A DNA stretch of 50,294 nucleotides from an uncultured archaeon (GCA_964525635.1 CAZGJX010000016.1:1-50294), one strand, 5' to 3'. Positions 9,244-20,287 are shown, numbered from the stretch's first letter. The notes: generated by a model from the sequence alone, not told the origin. Program-made: numbers and translations.

Positions 9244-10362
9244 ATGGAAAATAACAATAATAAAAATATCGGAATTAAAGAGTATGGCAGTATAACTGAA
9301 AAGGAAATTTATGAAATTCCTAACACATTAACCAGTATTATAAATAATAGAGAAGAAACGATTAAAGTTGCTAAAGAGATTATTGAAAAAGGGATTAAAC
9401 ATATTTATTTCATAGGAGCAGGAAGTTCATATCATGCGGGTTTTGCTATCTCGTACATGTTTAATCGAATTACGAAAGTTCCTACATCTTGTGAGTTTTC
9501 AATGGAATTTCAATATTTAATAAAACCAATTTTACAAGAAGAAGATTGTATAATAGCAATTTCTCAAAGTGGTGAAACTAAAGACACAATAGAATCAATA
9601 CAATTAGCAAAAGATTTGAAGAACTGTTTAACCATTGCTATAACAAATAATAATAATTCTAAATTAGCTAAAACAAGTGATTTTTGTCTCTCATTATATT
9701 GTGAAGAAGAAAAAAGCATTTTGGCAACAAAAACGTATATAAATCAACTTGCTGTTTTATCCATACTTGCATTAAATATTGCAAAAGAAAAAAACACAAT
9801 TGAGATTGATGAATATAATAAAATTATGGAGGAATTGAATAATATTCCCAAATTAATAAAAGATACTTTGCCAAATTTACATAAAATAATAAAATCTTAT
9901 TCACTTTATTTTAAATTCGCTGAATTCTGTTTTATATTAGGAAGTGGTCCAGATTATGCTACTGCAATGGAAGCATCATTAAAATTAAAGGAAGGCGCAC
10001 GGATTTATGGACAGGCATATTCAACAGCAGAATTTCCTCACGGTCCAATAACTTTAGCAGACTCTAGGACATGGATCCTAGCAATTATTCCTCATGAAGA
10101 AGACCAAAGAAAAAAAAATCTAATGGACTTATTAAAAAGAATTAAAGAAAGAAAAGCAACTATTTTAGGTGTTTTTGAATCCGAAGATGTTAGCGAAATA
10201 CCAATACCAATTGATATTGGAATTCCAGTACCCAATACAATAAAAGATTTACAACCTCTTATTATGATATTAGCAATTCAATTGTTAACTTTAGAAATTG
10301 CTAGAATTAAAGGAATCGACTGCGATACTCCAAAATTTTTAACGAAGATTAGTGGAATATAA
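9244..10362 (+). CDS. double-SIS domain sugar-phosphate isomerase/deaminase (GlmS C-terminal-like, no glutaminase domain)
   Basis: GAGSSYHA, AISQSGETKDT, ATKTY, EASLKLKE, AEFPHGP, D.PKFLTK. Confidence 0.85.
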   Translation: MENNNNKNIGIKEYGSITEKEIYEIPNTLTSIINNREETIKVAKEIIEKGIKHIYFIGAGSSYHAGFAISYMFNRITKVPTSCEFSMEFQYLIKPILQEEDCIIAISQSGETKDTIESIQLAKDLKNCLTIAITNNNNSKLAKTSDFCLSLYCEEEKSILATKTYINQLAVLSILALNIAKEKNTIEIDEYNKIMEELNNIPKLIKDTLPNLHKIIKSYSLYFKFAEFCFILGSGPDYATAMEASLKLKEGARIYGQAYSTAEFPHGPITLADSRTWILAIIPHEEDQRKKNLMDLLKRIKERKATILGVFESEDVSEIPIPIDIGIPVPNTIKDLQPLIMILAIQLLTLEIARIKGIDCDTPKFLTKISGI

Positions 10363-10484
10363 GACATAAGATTCACTCAATAGAGCAGAATTAAACAATA
10401 CTTCATGTATCTCATCAGCATTAAACTCTCTATCAAAATTTTTTTTTTGAAATGTCTATACCTCTAAAATTTGAATTGAGAACT

Positions 10485-10781
10485 AATTGAGGGTATTTTT
10501 AATTTTTTAAATTTGACTGAAATCAAAATATTTCTAATTTAAAACCGACTAAGTTCCTAATTATCCCAAATTCTTTTATGTCATTGAATTAGAGAGATTA
10601 TTTTTTTGATAAAAATCGAGTTTTTATTCCTTTTTGATAAAAATATTGCTATTTTGATCAATTTAGATCATTATTTTAAATACGACGAAATTCGATTAGG
10701 AATAATTAGGAATTCCGTTGGGGTAAATTTGGAGATTTTTAATTTTTGGTCAATTATATAAACTTGAAAATTCCCTCAATT
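10485..10781. mobile_element. MITE-like long imperfect palindrome
   Basis: 10485-10565 matches the reverse complement of 10701-10781 without gaps (58/81 by manual count); ends AATT-GAGGG...CCCTC-AATT; no ORF. Confidence 0.6.
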
Positions 10782-10813
10782 GAAAAGAAAAAAAAAGAAA
10801 ATAAAATTTTACT

Positions 10814-13800
10814 TTAAAGGTTAGCAGGAAATTCATTAATTAGTCCGACAAAATATTGAGCAATAAGTAAAGCATCAACAATATCAATTGATCCATTTGC
10901 ATTAACATCTGCTACTTCGAGATGGAAATTATTTGGATTAAGTCCAACAAAATATTGAGCAGTGAGTAATGCATCAACAATATCAATGAATCCATCATTA
11001 TTAACATCACCTAATATAAGAGGTTGTTCACCAACTGTTCTAAATGACCATGTTTCAGATTGTCTCTGATCAATACCATCATCTACTATAACATACCATC
11101 TGTATTCTCTTCCACTTTCAAGATTTTGCCAGTTGATTGATGCAATTGATCCATTTGGAACACTATATACTACATCTATTATATTATCGTTTGAAGCATC
11201 ATAAAAACGTACTGTTAAAGTATCTCCATTGGGATCGCTCACCTCAACACTTAAATCGGGTGATGTAGTAACATCCGTTGCTCCATCTGCTGGGCTAGGG
11301 TTTATGGACCTATTTGGTGGAACATTATTTATGGTGGTATCATCGTTATCCTCAAGTAAAGTGGCATGTGGAATGAAGTCCAGCGTTTCAGAGATTCCAA
11401 GATCAATTCGTGTTAGATTTATCGAAACAACTTCAATATTGCCTTGAAATCCACTCTCGACTAGCTCTTGGCCATCAACGAAGATCTCAAAATGATTGGT
11501 TCCTTCTTCTAATGTGCTAACGACTTCTAAGTCTCCAAATGTATGATCAAATTGTTTTTCAGAAGGATCTACACCATAATGGATCAAATCGATATTTAAA
11601 CAACTATCAAGATATTCTGTTGCTATTACATCCATTTCCAAGAGATATCCGCTATCAGTTTCATTACTAAATATCTCTAAGCTGATGGAATCCGAATCTA
11701 TATAAGCTGATGGAAGATCAAACGTAGTAATATCATAGTATTCCGTTAAATAATGGATCTTATGAAAAAATGAATACTCATAAATGGTTATTCCAATAAA
11801 ATTGAAGATATAGGGAGCTTCTAATTGTCTGGCAGCAAATCGACGTGCATCACAGCTGATAATATAGTTATTAGTACCTTCCTCAAAGATAAGATCTTCC
11901 GCTGTTGATTCTGTTTCATAAGGAATAGCAATACAGGATACTTGACTGAATGGAGTATACGTAGTAAATTGTCCATTTAATTGTTGTTTGGCAGTTACTG
12001 AAACAATCAGTTCGATTGTATCATTATTACCATTGTTATCCTGATCAACAGCACGATCACTAATTGAAAAATCTATGAGTGGATCGAATTCTGATTTGAC
12101 ATCCTCAGAAATTAATTGGTATAATGGTATCCTTGTTTCCCCACCTCCTTCTTTAGAAATAACCAAGCCTCCGAGAACCAATTGAGGATAATTAAAAAAT
12201 GCTAGTGCTGCGAATGTCCCAGAGACTTCATATATTCCTGGTGTTAAAACTTCAGTGCTAATTACTTGCTTATTAATCCCATACCAATCATAATTAGAAA
12301 TCTGCCATTCTGAAAACATTGAATTTCGTATATGATACTCTATTTCGTATGCATCAGATTCTTGGAAATCGATTGTGCAATTGATTTGAAGTAACTCAGG
12401 TAAACCTTGTGAGTCAACATTAATCGAAGATATCTCAGTAGAAACTAGTTGACAAAGAGGAGTATTAAAATCATCACTTGACAAAAAAGGAGTCCGAAAA
12501 TCATCAATATGATATTCTAGTTTCCTTCTATAGCAGTCTTTCTCATAGGCTTGCTCTAAACTAATTTCATTCATAATAAACTCGCCGGTGAACGGAAAAC
12601 TATTAAATTCATCTGCATAAACCTTGATTTGAAGTCTATGAGTTCCTTCTTCAAAGAATTCCCAGATAACATAATGGTTAATAACGTATTTACCAATTTG
12701 ATAATCATTACGGACTTGAGAAATCTCGCCAGCAATAATGAATTCGGAAGCTTTGTAGACATTGAGATCCAAATAAAAGGTTATAGAGTTAAAATCCACG
12801 TCAAAATCTCTAAAATCTGATAATTCAGCATAAATAGTTTCATAGATCCCTGGAGGCGCGATTGTCTCCGACACTACGAGTTCATACGAGATTATGTCCG
12901 AATATTCCTGCCAAGTTGTAAGATCATTGTCCAAAGTGACTTCAATGAAATATTGTGTGGAAAATGGAGCTACAACCAAGATATCTTCATTTTTAGTACC
13001 TATTCGTTTGCTAGCCACTAATTCCATTCCATTTATATCGGTTAAGACTAGATCTAAATCATCAGACAATTCCGAGAGAATAATCGTATAGGCATGTCCT
13101 GCCACAACTGTGAAGCTATACAGATCTTTTTCAAAATTGATAACTTCACCTTGGATGGATTGATCCAAAGACAAGTGGAGAGCGCCACATAAGGATTCTC
13201 CAGCATCAGTTCCAGAGTTAGCATCATTCCCACTTTGATCAAGTTCAATGACTAAAGGAACTTCATAATAGCTAGTCATTCCATCTTTAATTCTAATATA
13301 TCCATTAAGTGCCGAATTAGACATAGTAATAGCGATTGTTGCTCGAATCCAGCCATATAAGTCTGTATTCTGAATAGTTGTGGTAACATACGATGAGAGC
13401 TCGGAAGAAACCTCTAAATTTAGCGAGTTAAATGATTGATTTAGAAAGATATCTAGGATATACTCGTATTTTTCACCAGGGCTTAATTTAAGAGGATCAT
13501 CGGCAGAAATGCCAGGACTTGCATAGACCGTATCTAATGTTGCTAGAAATTCATAAGCGGCAGTTGCATTCACCATTCCATTCCCTTGTTCGACATATGG
13601 TCGTCCTAGATCTGTCGCTGTAGTAAGTATAGCCGCACGAATTAAGTCAATATCCATAGTTGGATAAGCTGACTTCAAGAGAGCCATCACACCCGAAACT
13701 ATAGGAGTGGATAAAGAGGTACCAGACATAGACCAATACCCATCATCAGCACATGTCCCTAATACTTCAGCTGCGGGAGCGACTATATCTGGACCAAGAA

Positions 13801-15154
13801 CACCGTTAATTGTAGGACCTCGTGAGGAAAAAAACACTGGTAGATCGTAATAATCACTTCCCCCAACAGTGAGCATTCGTGAGCCAAGATTTAATCTAGG
13901 AATTGTATGTGGAGTTGGACCATCATTTCCAGCTGCTACTACACAGATCACGCCGTTTTCCCATGCTAGATTCATAGCTGCGTTTATTAATTGCATATAT
14001 TCGTTAGAAAAGCGAGTTTTAAATTTGATAGATAATGAGATCACATCCGCATTTTCGACGGTTGCCCAATCGATGGCTCTTAGAACAGAACTAAAGCTAC
14101 TAATCCAATTTCCATCAGTTATCCGTGCACTCAAAATTGAGGCACCAGGAGCTACTCCCATAAAGCTTCCGTTAGCTGCTGCTATCCCTGCTACACCCGT
14201 CCCATGATAAGGATTTGGATCAATTTGATCCGTTGTCACCTCACCATTATTTCCATTAATAAACGAGGCAAATTTGATAATTTTTGGATCGTTAGTATTC
14301 GGATCATTATCCATATCATCTAGATCTGGATGATTTGGGCTAATACCCGAATCTAAAATTGCAATGGTAGTTCCTTCTCCTGTTATTCCCAAATCGTGTA
14401 AAGTTTGCGCACCGATCCTTTGATAGATTGGATAAGTCGGAAAAGTAAAAAAACCCTCATCATCTGCTTCGAAAGAATTTACACTACTATCGGAAGAATA
14501 TGCAGAGGCAGCTCCTTCTAGTCCATCGATTGAAAGGGGTTTTATTTCATAAGTACTATCTAAAAATACTGTAATGACATCCGATGACCCTTGAAGTGTC
14601 TTAATAGATTCCAAATTTGTATTAATGATTGCAAAAGGAATGGTCTGACACCGATCTATCTCAGAATTACTATCACATAATATAAATGTATTCATCACAT
14701 CTATTGAGGAAAATTGGACTATAAATTGATAATAAGTCGACATCCATTCCTCTCTAGGCGTAGTATGGAACAACTCTGCAATGGAAGTTGACATTATCAT
14801 ATCTGATCCCAAAGATGATTGATCTTCGGACGTTGAGGTATGAGGTACTAATAAATTATAAGGTGAAATATTACTTAATTGCATATCAAGCTGGTCTGAT
14901 ATGTCTGGATCACATGATGGTAAAGTTTCAGGAATCATTGATTGCTTAAACGAGAGATAATCTGGTTCTAGATATCGATCGATCTTTGGAAACATTCTAT
15001 CAGAAGTTATTAAATGTGTAATATTAGGATTATTTAAATTATTCTGATTACCTCTAATAAAGAACATCCCAAAAATACTAATTGAACTTATTAATAAAAT
15101 TGTTATTAAAATCCATGAATTATGATTTTTTCTATTTTTTGTTTTAGATTTCAT
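10814..15154 (-). CDS. secreted/anchored S8 subtilisin-like protease with PPC-like and Ig-like regions and a C-terminal type I dockerin
   Basis: N-terminal TM/signal; triad ILDSG, HGTGVAG, SGTSLSTP; AAGNDG; duplicated GDVNNDGFIDIVDALL / ADVNANGSIDIVDALL dockerin repeats. Confidence 0.9.
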   Translation of the reverse strand: MKSKTKNRKNHNSWILITILLISSISIFGMFFIRGNQNNLNNPNITHLITSDRMFPKIDRYLEPDYLSFKQSMIPETLPSCDPDISDQLDMQLSNISPYNLLVPHTSTSEDQSSLGSDMIMSTSIAELFHTTPREEWMSTYYQFIVQFSSIDVMNTFILCDSNSEIDRCQTIPFAIINTNLESIKTLQGSSDVITVFLDSTYEIKPLSIDGLEGAASAYSSDSSVNSFEADDEGFFTFPTYPIYQRIGAQTLHDLGITGEGTTIAILDSGISPNHPDLDDMDNDPNTNDPKIIKFASFINGNNGEVTTDQIDPNPYHGTGVAGIAAANGSFMGVAPGASILSARITDGNWISSFSSVLRAIDWATVENADVISLSIKFKTRFSNEYMQLINAAMNLAWENGVICVVAAGNDGPTPHTIPRLNLGSRMLTVGGSDYYDLPVFFSSRGPTINGVLGPDIVAPAAEVLGTCADDGYWSMSGTSLSTPIVSGVMALLKSAYPTMDIDLIRAAILTTATDLGRPYVEQGNGMVNATAAYEFLATLDTVYASPGISADDPLKLSPGEKYEYILDIFLNQSFNSLNLEVSSELSSYVTTTIQNTDLYGWIRATIAITMSNSALNGYIRIKDGMTSYYEVPLVIELDQSGNDANSGTDAGESLCGALHLSLDQSIQGEVINFEKDLYSFTVVAGHAYTIILSELSDDLDLVLTDINGMELVASKRIGTKNEDILVVAPFSTQYFIEVTLDNDLTTWQEYSDIISYELVVSETIAPPGIYETIYAELSDFRDFDVDFNSITFYLDLNVYKASEFIIAGEISQVRNDYQIGKYVINHYVIWEFFEEGTHRLQIKVYADEFNSFPFTGEFIMNEISLEQAYEKDCYRRKLEYHIDDFRTPFLSSDDFNTPLCQLVSTEISSINVDSQGLPELLQINCTIDFQESDAYEIEYHIRNSMFSEWQISNYDWYGINKQVISTEVLTPGIYEVSGTFAALAFFNYPQLVLGGLVISKEGGGETRIPLYQLISEDVKSEFDPLIDFSISDRAVDQDNNGNNDTIELIVSVTAKQQLNGQFTTYTPFSQVSCIAIPYETESTAEDLIFEEGTNNYIISCDARRFAARQLEAPYIFNFIGITIYEYSFFHKIHYLTEYYDITTFDLPSAYIDSDSISLEIFSNETDSGYLLEMDVIATEYLDSCLNIDLIHYGVDPSEKQFDHTFGDLEVVSTLEEGTNHFEIFVDGQELVESGFQGNIEVVSINLTRIDLGISETLDFIPHATLLEDNDDTTINNVPPNRSINPSPADGATDVTTSPDLSVEVSDPNGDTLTVRFYDASNDNIIDVVYSVPNGSIASINWQNLESGREYRWYVIVDDGIDQRQSETWSFRTVGEQPLILGDVNNDGFIDIVDALLTAQYFVGLNPNNFHLEVADVNANGSIDIVDALLIAQYFVGLINEFPANL

Positions 15155-15430
15155 ATTAAATCATTGAATTAGTTTTATATTAGAAAATAACCAAGTATAA
15201 TAAAAATGTAAATGGTAACAAAGTGAAATTAAAAAATCTATATAAAAAAATTTATGATATAATGTTTTATATCTTCTAAATTGAGATGGAAAATAATACT
15301 TTTAATATTGAAAGGTTAGTGGAATATAAAGAATTGATTATAATATCGTAAAGATTTTTTTTTTAAATTATCTTCAATTAATATTTATAAATTAAGTGTA
15401 ATACTTAATGAATTAGAGTTATGATTAAAA

Positions 15431-15811
15431 ATGAAATTAGACCATTTTGCTATTGCTACAAATTCAGAAGAAGATAGTGATTCATTTTTCATTAATTTAC
15501 TGGGTTTAACTAAAGTACGCAGTTTTAATGTCTCTTCTGATTTAATGAATGAATTTTTTGGAATTGAAAAAGAACAGAAAATTATACGTTATGAAAATTC
15601 AAATTTATCAGCAGAAGTTTTTATAACTGAAGATGATAGTACATCTCAAGATACTTTAACTCATTTATGTTTTACTATTGAAGATAGAGACACCTTTATA
15701 AATAAAGCAAATACATTGGGTTATAAAATCATCAAAGTACCAAGAAAAGATAAAAACTCATATTATCTTTTTATTAAAGATCATTATGGAAACACTTTTG
15801 AGATTAAATAG
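15431..15811 (+). CDS. VOC/glyoxalase family protein
   Basis: MKLDHFAI, FF..LLGL, HLCF, FIKD.YGN.FEIK. Confidence 0.85.
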   Translation: MKLDHFAIATNSEEDSDSFFINLLGLTKVRSFNVSSDLMNEFFGIEKEQKIIRYENSNLSAEVFITEDDSTSQDTLTHLCFTIEDRDTFINKANTLGYKIIKVPRKDKNSYYLFIKDHYGNTFEIK

Positions 15812-15899
15812 AATTTTTTAAATACTTGAATAACGTATTATTTTTTAATAGAGAGTTTTATATATTTTAGAAAGATTTCTTTATTTTTCAAATTCCGGG

Positions 15900-16715
15900 G
15901 TGAAAAATGAGATGTCAAGTACATATAAATATAAGGTTTTGATTGGTGGTGTAAAAAAACTTGATGATATTCCATTTTTACAAAATTCAGAGTTTGAGAA
16001 ACATGATTTTTTCCACATTGGTATTTCAATAAAACCAATTGAATGTATGACTAATAATGGAGATTCTTATCTATTTATCTTTTGGTCATTAAATAAGGAA
16101 GAACGATTTGAATTTATGGCATCATCTTTTTGTTATGGAGCTCGTGGAGCTTTATTATGTCTCGATAGATCTGACTCAAAATCATTAGAAGATGTTGTAT
16201 ATTGGATAGAAACCATTAAATCATTGATGAAAAAGATACCAATAATAATATTGATATATCAATCAAATTTCAAACAAAATGAGGTTAATGAAAAAGAGAT
16301 TGATGAATTATTAAATAGAAATGATATTAATGATTATTTCACTATCTCATCTGGCCAGTTTATAAATAAAAAAGAGAAAAGAGACTTTTACAAATTCTTA
16401 ATTTTGAAATTGAATTATGAACTTGTAAACAATATCACTGATTTTTCTTTAATTTTTCCAACTGAAGAAAAAGAGTTTAAGAAATTTACTGAAATTTATT
16501 CAACATGTCCAATATGCAAAAATAAAAACCATATACATACTTTAAAAGAATTTTATTTTAGTAAAGAACCAGATCTCTTAAAATTAAGAGAGAATTTTAT
16601 TGAAATACAAAAAAAAACCCAGAAACTTCTTAACTTATATCAAAATAATATAAAATTTGGTATTTTGTGTTGTTCCTGCTATAAGAAATATTATAAAAAA
16701 AAAAGATCTTTCTAA
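15900..16715 (+). CDS. degenerate Rab-like (pseudo-GTPase) domain fused to a C-terminal Cys-rich Zn-binding domain
   Basis: YKYKVLIGG, IGISI, FIFWSL..EERF...SSFCYGARGALLCLD, W, KIPIIIL follow the Rab fold but G1/G3/G4 are lost; CPIC...CCSC. Confidence 0.7.
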   Translation: MKNEMSSTYKYKVLIGGVKKLDDIPFLQNSEFEKHDFFHIGISIKPIECMTNNGDSYLFIFWSLNKEERFEFMASSFCYGARGALLCLDRSDSKSLEDVVYWIETIKSLMKKIPIIILIYQSNFKQNEVNEKEIDELLNRNDINDYFTISSGQFINKKEKRDFYKFLILKLNYELVNNITDFSLIFPTEEKEFKKFTEIYSTCPICKNKNHIHTLKEFYFSKEPDLLKLRENFIEIQKKTQKLLNLYQNNIKFGILCCSCYKKYYKKKRSF

Positions 16716-16721
16716 ATATGA

Positions 16722-17138
16722 TTAATCAATAAAACCTGCTTCTTTTAATATCTTTTTATGATCAAAAGCTAAATTTAGGTTTGATATTTTATTAAAAGGA
16801 ATTATATTTAGACCTTTTGCATCATCCATAGCTTTAGGTTTATTCTTATAATTTTTTGGTTCACATAAAAAAGCAATACTAACTGTATGTGCTCGTGGAT
16901 CTCGATTTGGATCAGAAAAAACTCCAATTAATTCTATGATTTTTACATCTAAATTTGTTTCTTCCTTAACCTCTCTAAGACAGGCATATTCTACCCTTTC
17001 ACCTATATCAACAAATCCTCCCGGGAGAGCATACGCTCCTTCAAAAGGAGGATTTTTTCTGCGGATTAGTATTATACTTTCATCTTTATATAGTATAACC
17101 GCATCTACAGTTAAAAGAGGTGTCTCTGGTTTTGGCAT
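16722..17138 (-). CDS. Nudix hydrolase (ADP-ribose pyrophosphatase-like)
   Basis: ALPGGFVDIGERVEYACLREVKEETNL Nudix box; RDPR.H; LAFDH. Confidence 0.92.
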   Translation of the reverse strand: MPKPETPLLTVDAVILYKDESIILIRRKNPPFEGAYALPGGFVDIGERVEYACLREVKEETNLDVKIIELIGVFSDPNRDPRAHTVSIAFLCEPKNYKNKPKAMDDAKGLNIIPFNKISNLNLAFDHKKILKEAGFID

Positions 17139-17139
17139 T

Positions 17140-20094
17140 TTAAATGAATAATTGTTTTTTTATATAGTTAATAATATCTTCAATATTTATATTATTCCTT
17201 TCGATAAATCCTTGTCCAAAATCTTTTGGTCCTCCACCTTTCCCTTTAAAATTATTAACACAATTTTTTATAAGATTTCCAAGATTTAATTCTAATTTTT
17301 CTGCTGGTTTATTTCCCATCATTCCCATAATTAAAAATCCCTTTTCAGTTTGATTAATTAAAACTGATATTGCATTTTTTTCTATTTTTAAAATAGTTTG
17401 ATTTATATTTTTCAAATCTTCTTGGGTAAGTTCAGTAAAAGATTCAATTATTAATTTATATCCATTATATAAATCAGATTTTGATATTAACTTTATTATA
17501 TTACTCTTATCAAGGATATTTTTAATTTGGTTTAACTTTTCTTTTGATTCATTCCATTCATCATATAATCTCTTAATTTTCTGTAAGATTTCCCCATATT
17601 TGCAATTTAATATTTCGGAAAGAGTATATAATATATTTCCCATAAATTCTTCAGAAGAATTTAGAATTAAATCATTCTTGTTCACTTTTCCCGAAGCTAG
17701 TGCTTTTTTAATATTCTTCCATTTTCTTAATAATTCTTTTACTCTACCTACTATTCTAATTGAATCTAAATTCAAAAATGATTCAAGTTCTTTGATAATA
17801 TGTTTATTTCTGTTTTTTATTTGTTGTGTAGCTTTTCCTGCTGTGAAAGTTAACCTAACAACACCATCTTGTATCTTCTGAGATTTTAGAATATGAATCT
17901 TACCCGCCTCTTTTGTATTATTTAAATGAGTACCTCCACACGCTTCAATATCTATATTAGGTATTTCCACAATTCTTATATTTTTTCCAGGAACAGCTCC
18001 ACCTTGATATATCTCCATTCCATATTCTTGTTCTGCTTCAGAACGAGGCATAAATTTTAGATTTAAATCTATTCCTGCATCCACAATTTCATTTGCTTTT
18101 TCCTCAATCTTTTTTATATCTTCTTTATTCAGTTGTTTAAAATGTGTAATATCTAAATGAGAGTTTTTAAGGGTTTTTTTAGCACCTGCCTGATTTATAT
18201 GGTTACCTAAGATTATACGAGCAGCAGCGTTTACAATATGAGTGGCAGTATGATGTTGAGATAATTGGTCTCTCCATGATTTATCTACCTCAATTATAAC
18301 TTTATCTCCTTCTTTAAAGGATGGTTTTTCATCTAATAAATGGATAATATAATTACCTTGTTTATAAACTTCTTTAAATTTTTGGGCATTAACGGTTCCA
18401 ACGTCATGTAATTGACCACCAGAGGTGGGATAAGCAACTGATTCATCTACAATAACCTTATTATCAATAATCTTGAGTACTTTAGCTTCATTTTTTATAA
18501 TAGTATAATCATTATAAAAAAGTGGTTTTGTTTCTTGAACACCCTCTAAATTAAGTTCTGTTTTTATCTCAATTGCATTTATTTGTTCTAATTTTTCATG
18601 TCTCTCTACTACTAGATTATAAAAGTTGTCAGGAATTTTTATTTGAATATTATGTTTTTTAGCAGCTTCTTTAATCATATCAGGACTAATTCCATTAGAA
18701 TCATACATTTCAATTAATAATTCTGTATCAATATCTCCTTTTTTTAATACTTTATCTAATATTTTTGTAGCTTTTTCTTTTGTAGAATAATATTTTTTTT
18801 TCTCAACATTAAGTATTTCTCTAATCTCATCTAAATTTTCAGATACCTCAGGAAATAATTCTCTTAACTCTTCAGCATGCCATTCACATACATCAGCCAT
18901 ATCAATATCCCAGTTAAATTTATCAATAAATCCAATAGCACGCCGGAAGATTACTCTTAAATTGTAACCCCCTCCAACATTAGAGGGTAATTTACCATCA
19001 TGAATTGCAAATAGAAGACTTCGAGCATGTTCAGCAATAGAATAAAGTCCAGTCATAGGTAAAATTTTTTTATGTAGAATCTCAACTTGAATTCCTAATT
19101 CATAAGCAACACGTTGCCATGCTGCATCCATATCATCTACTTCATCAGTATTTAAATAAGCAGAATATCGAGAAAATTTATTATATAATTCTAGATCTAA
19201 ATCAATTTCAGCAATTATTCTTAATTTGGAAAGAACTTGAGGAAAAACAGCTTCATACATATTAGGTGTTCCTTGTGAAAACCATGCTACACGCTCTTGT
19301 CCTAATCCCATATCAAGAACTTTTAATTTTAATTCTCGTGGTCCAGAGGATGTTTGTTCAAACATAGTATAAACTTGATTAAATAATTCAACACCTCTAC
19401 TAAAAAATTCAAGGCTACATCCAAAAGATCCTCCACCTGCCCAGGAATCTTCGTGAATTGTTATCTCCTCTTTAGATAATCCTACTCCCTTAGTGATAAA
19501 ATCATGCATATCCATAAAAAGTTCTCCTTGATTCCACTCTTTTGGTGAAACAAAGGTATGCTGCCCAATCATAACAAAGCCACATGCATGTGATCCCGTC
19601 AATCCTACGTTTTCAATATCATTAAACCTTAAGCAAAATTGAGGGATTAATAATTTTTTTGCTGGAGGCTCTTCTTCTCCAGCAATTACATATGGTTGAA
19701 ATGCTGATATTGAAGCTATAGTAAATTCCGTGGTAGGATTCCATCTCGCTACGCATGGATACCTTTTAATAGGGACATACCCCCTTGGCTCCAATATTTC
19801 CACAATCTTTTTCCATACTTCTATATATGATAATTTAATACTAGAAGGATTGTCTATAGTAATTTGAAATCCACCAGAACACATTGGATCCCCGCATAAT
19901 TTACGATCTTTATGTACGGTCCAAAAAGATGTACCACAAGAAATACATTCTTTTCTCATATATCCTAAAACTCTAAGTTCTTTAGTGGGAAAATATATAT
20001 CTGGATTTTGTGATGCTATTTTTTTAAAGTGTTTTTTTAATTCTTTATCTGTAGTACAGTCTTTAAGTTGAGTTATATGTTGATTAGTGAGCAT
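17140..20094 (-). CDS. alaS: alanyl-tRNA synthetase, archaeal type
   Basis: RKEC..CG..FWT zinc motif, YP.VARW, QFCLRFNDI.NVG.TG.H, GGQLHD.G, HTATH editing site, ACGGTH, GKGGG C-Ala domain. Confidence 0.96.
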   Translation of the reverse strand: MLTNQHITQLKDCTTDKELKKHFKKIASQNPDIYFPTKELRVLGYMRKECISCGTSFWTVHKDRKLCGDPMCSGGFQITIDNPSSIKLSYIEVWKKIVEILEPRGYVPIKRYPCVARWNPTTEFTIASISAFQPYVIAGEEEPPAKKLLIPQFCLRFNDIENVGLTGSHACGFVMIGQHTFVSPKEWNQGELFMDMHDFITKGVGLSKEEITIHEDSWAGGGSFGCSLEFFSRGVELFNQVYTMFEQTSSGPRELKLKVLDMGLGQERVAWFSQGTPNMYEAVFPQVLSKLRIIAEIDLDLELYNKFSRYSAYLNTDEVDDMDAAWQRVAYELGIQVEILHKKILPMTGLYSIAEHARSLLFAIHDGKLPSNVGGGYNLRVIFRRAIGFIDKFNWDIDMADVCEWHAEELRELFPEVSENLDEIREILNVEKKKYYSTKEKATKILDKVLKKGDIDTELLIEMYDSNGISPDMIKEAAKKHNIQIKIPDNFYNLVVERHEKLEQINAIEIKTELNLEGVQETKPLFYNDYTIIKNEAKVLKIIDNKVIVDESVAYPTSGGQLHDVGTVNAQKFKEVYKQGNYIIHLLDEKPSFKEGDKVIIEVDKSWRDQLSQHHTATHIVNAAARIILGNHINQAGAKKTLKNSHLDITHFKQLNKEDIKKIEEKANEIVDAGIDLNLKFMPRSEAEQEYGMEIYQGGAVPGKNIRIVEIPNIDIEACGGTHLNNTKEAGKIHILKSQKIQDGVVRLTFTAGKATQQIKNRNKHIIKELESFLNLDSIRIVGRVKELLRKWKNIKKALASGKVNKNDLILNSSEEFMGNILYTLSEILNCKYGEILQKIKRLYDEWNESKEKLNQIKNILDKSNIIKLISKSDLYNGYKLIIESFTELTQEDLKNINQTILKIEKNAISVLINQTEKGFLIMGMMGNKPAEKLELNLGNLIKNCVNNFKGKGGGPKDFGQGFIERNNINIEDIINYIKKQLFI

Positions 20095-20287
20095 AATGTT
20101 TCGATTATTGCTTCTTTTAACTAATAATGAATTTAATACAGCTTTTCCTAAAATTATTATGATTTTAGATTTTTAATATAATCTAAAAATTATGTCTCTA
20201 TGTGTCTTAATAATTATATAAGAAGAACCTACGACAAATTCTATAATTAATAGTGAGAGAAGTTGGATTTTTTTTTATTTTTATATC

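Noticed and set aside
10340-10460. Minus-strand fragment NFDREFNADEIHEVLFNSALLSESY next to the palindrome, possibly a transposase remnant
   Set aside because: Too short, no start codon and no catalytic motif; cannot be assigned without a search.
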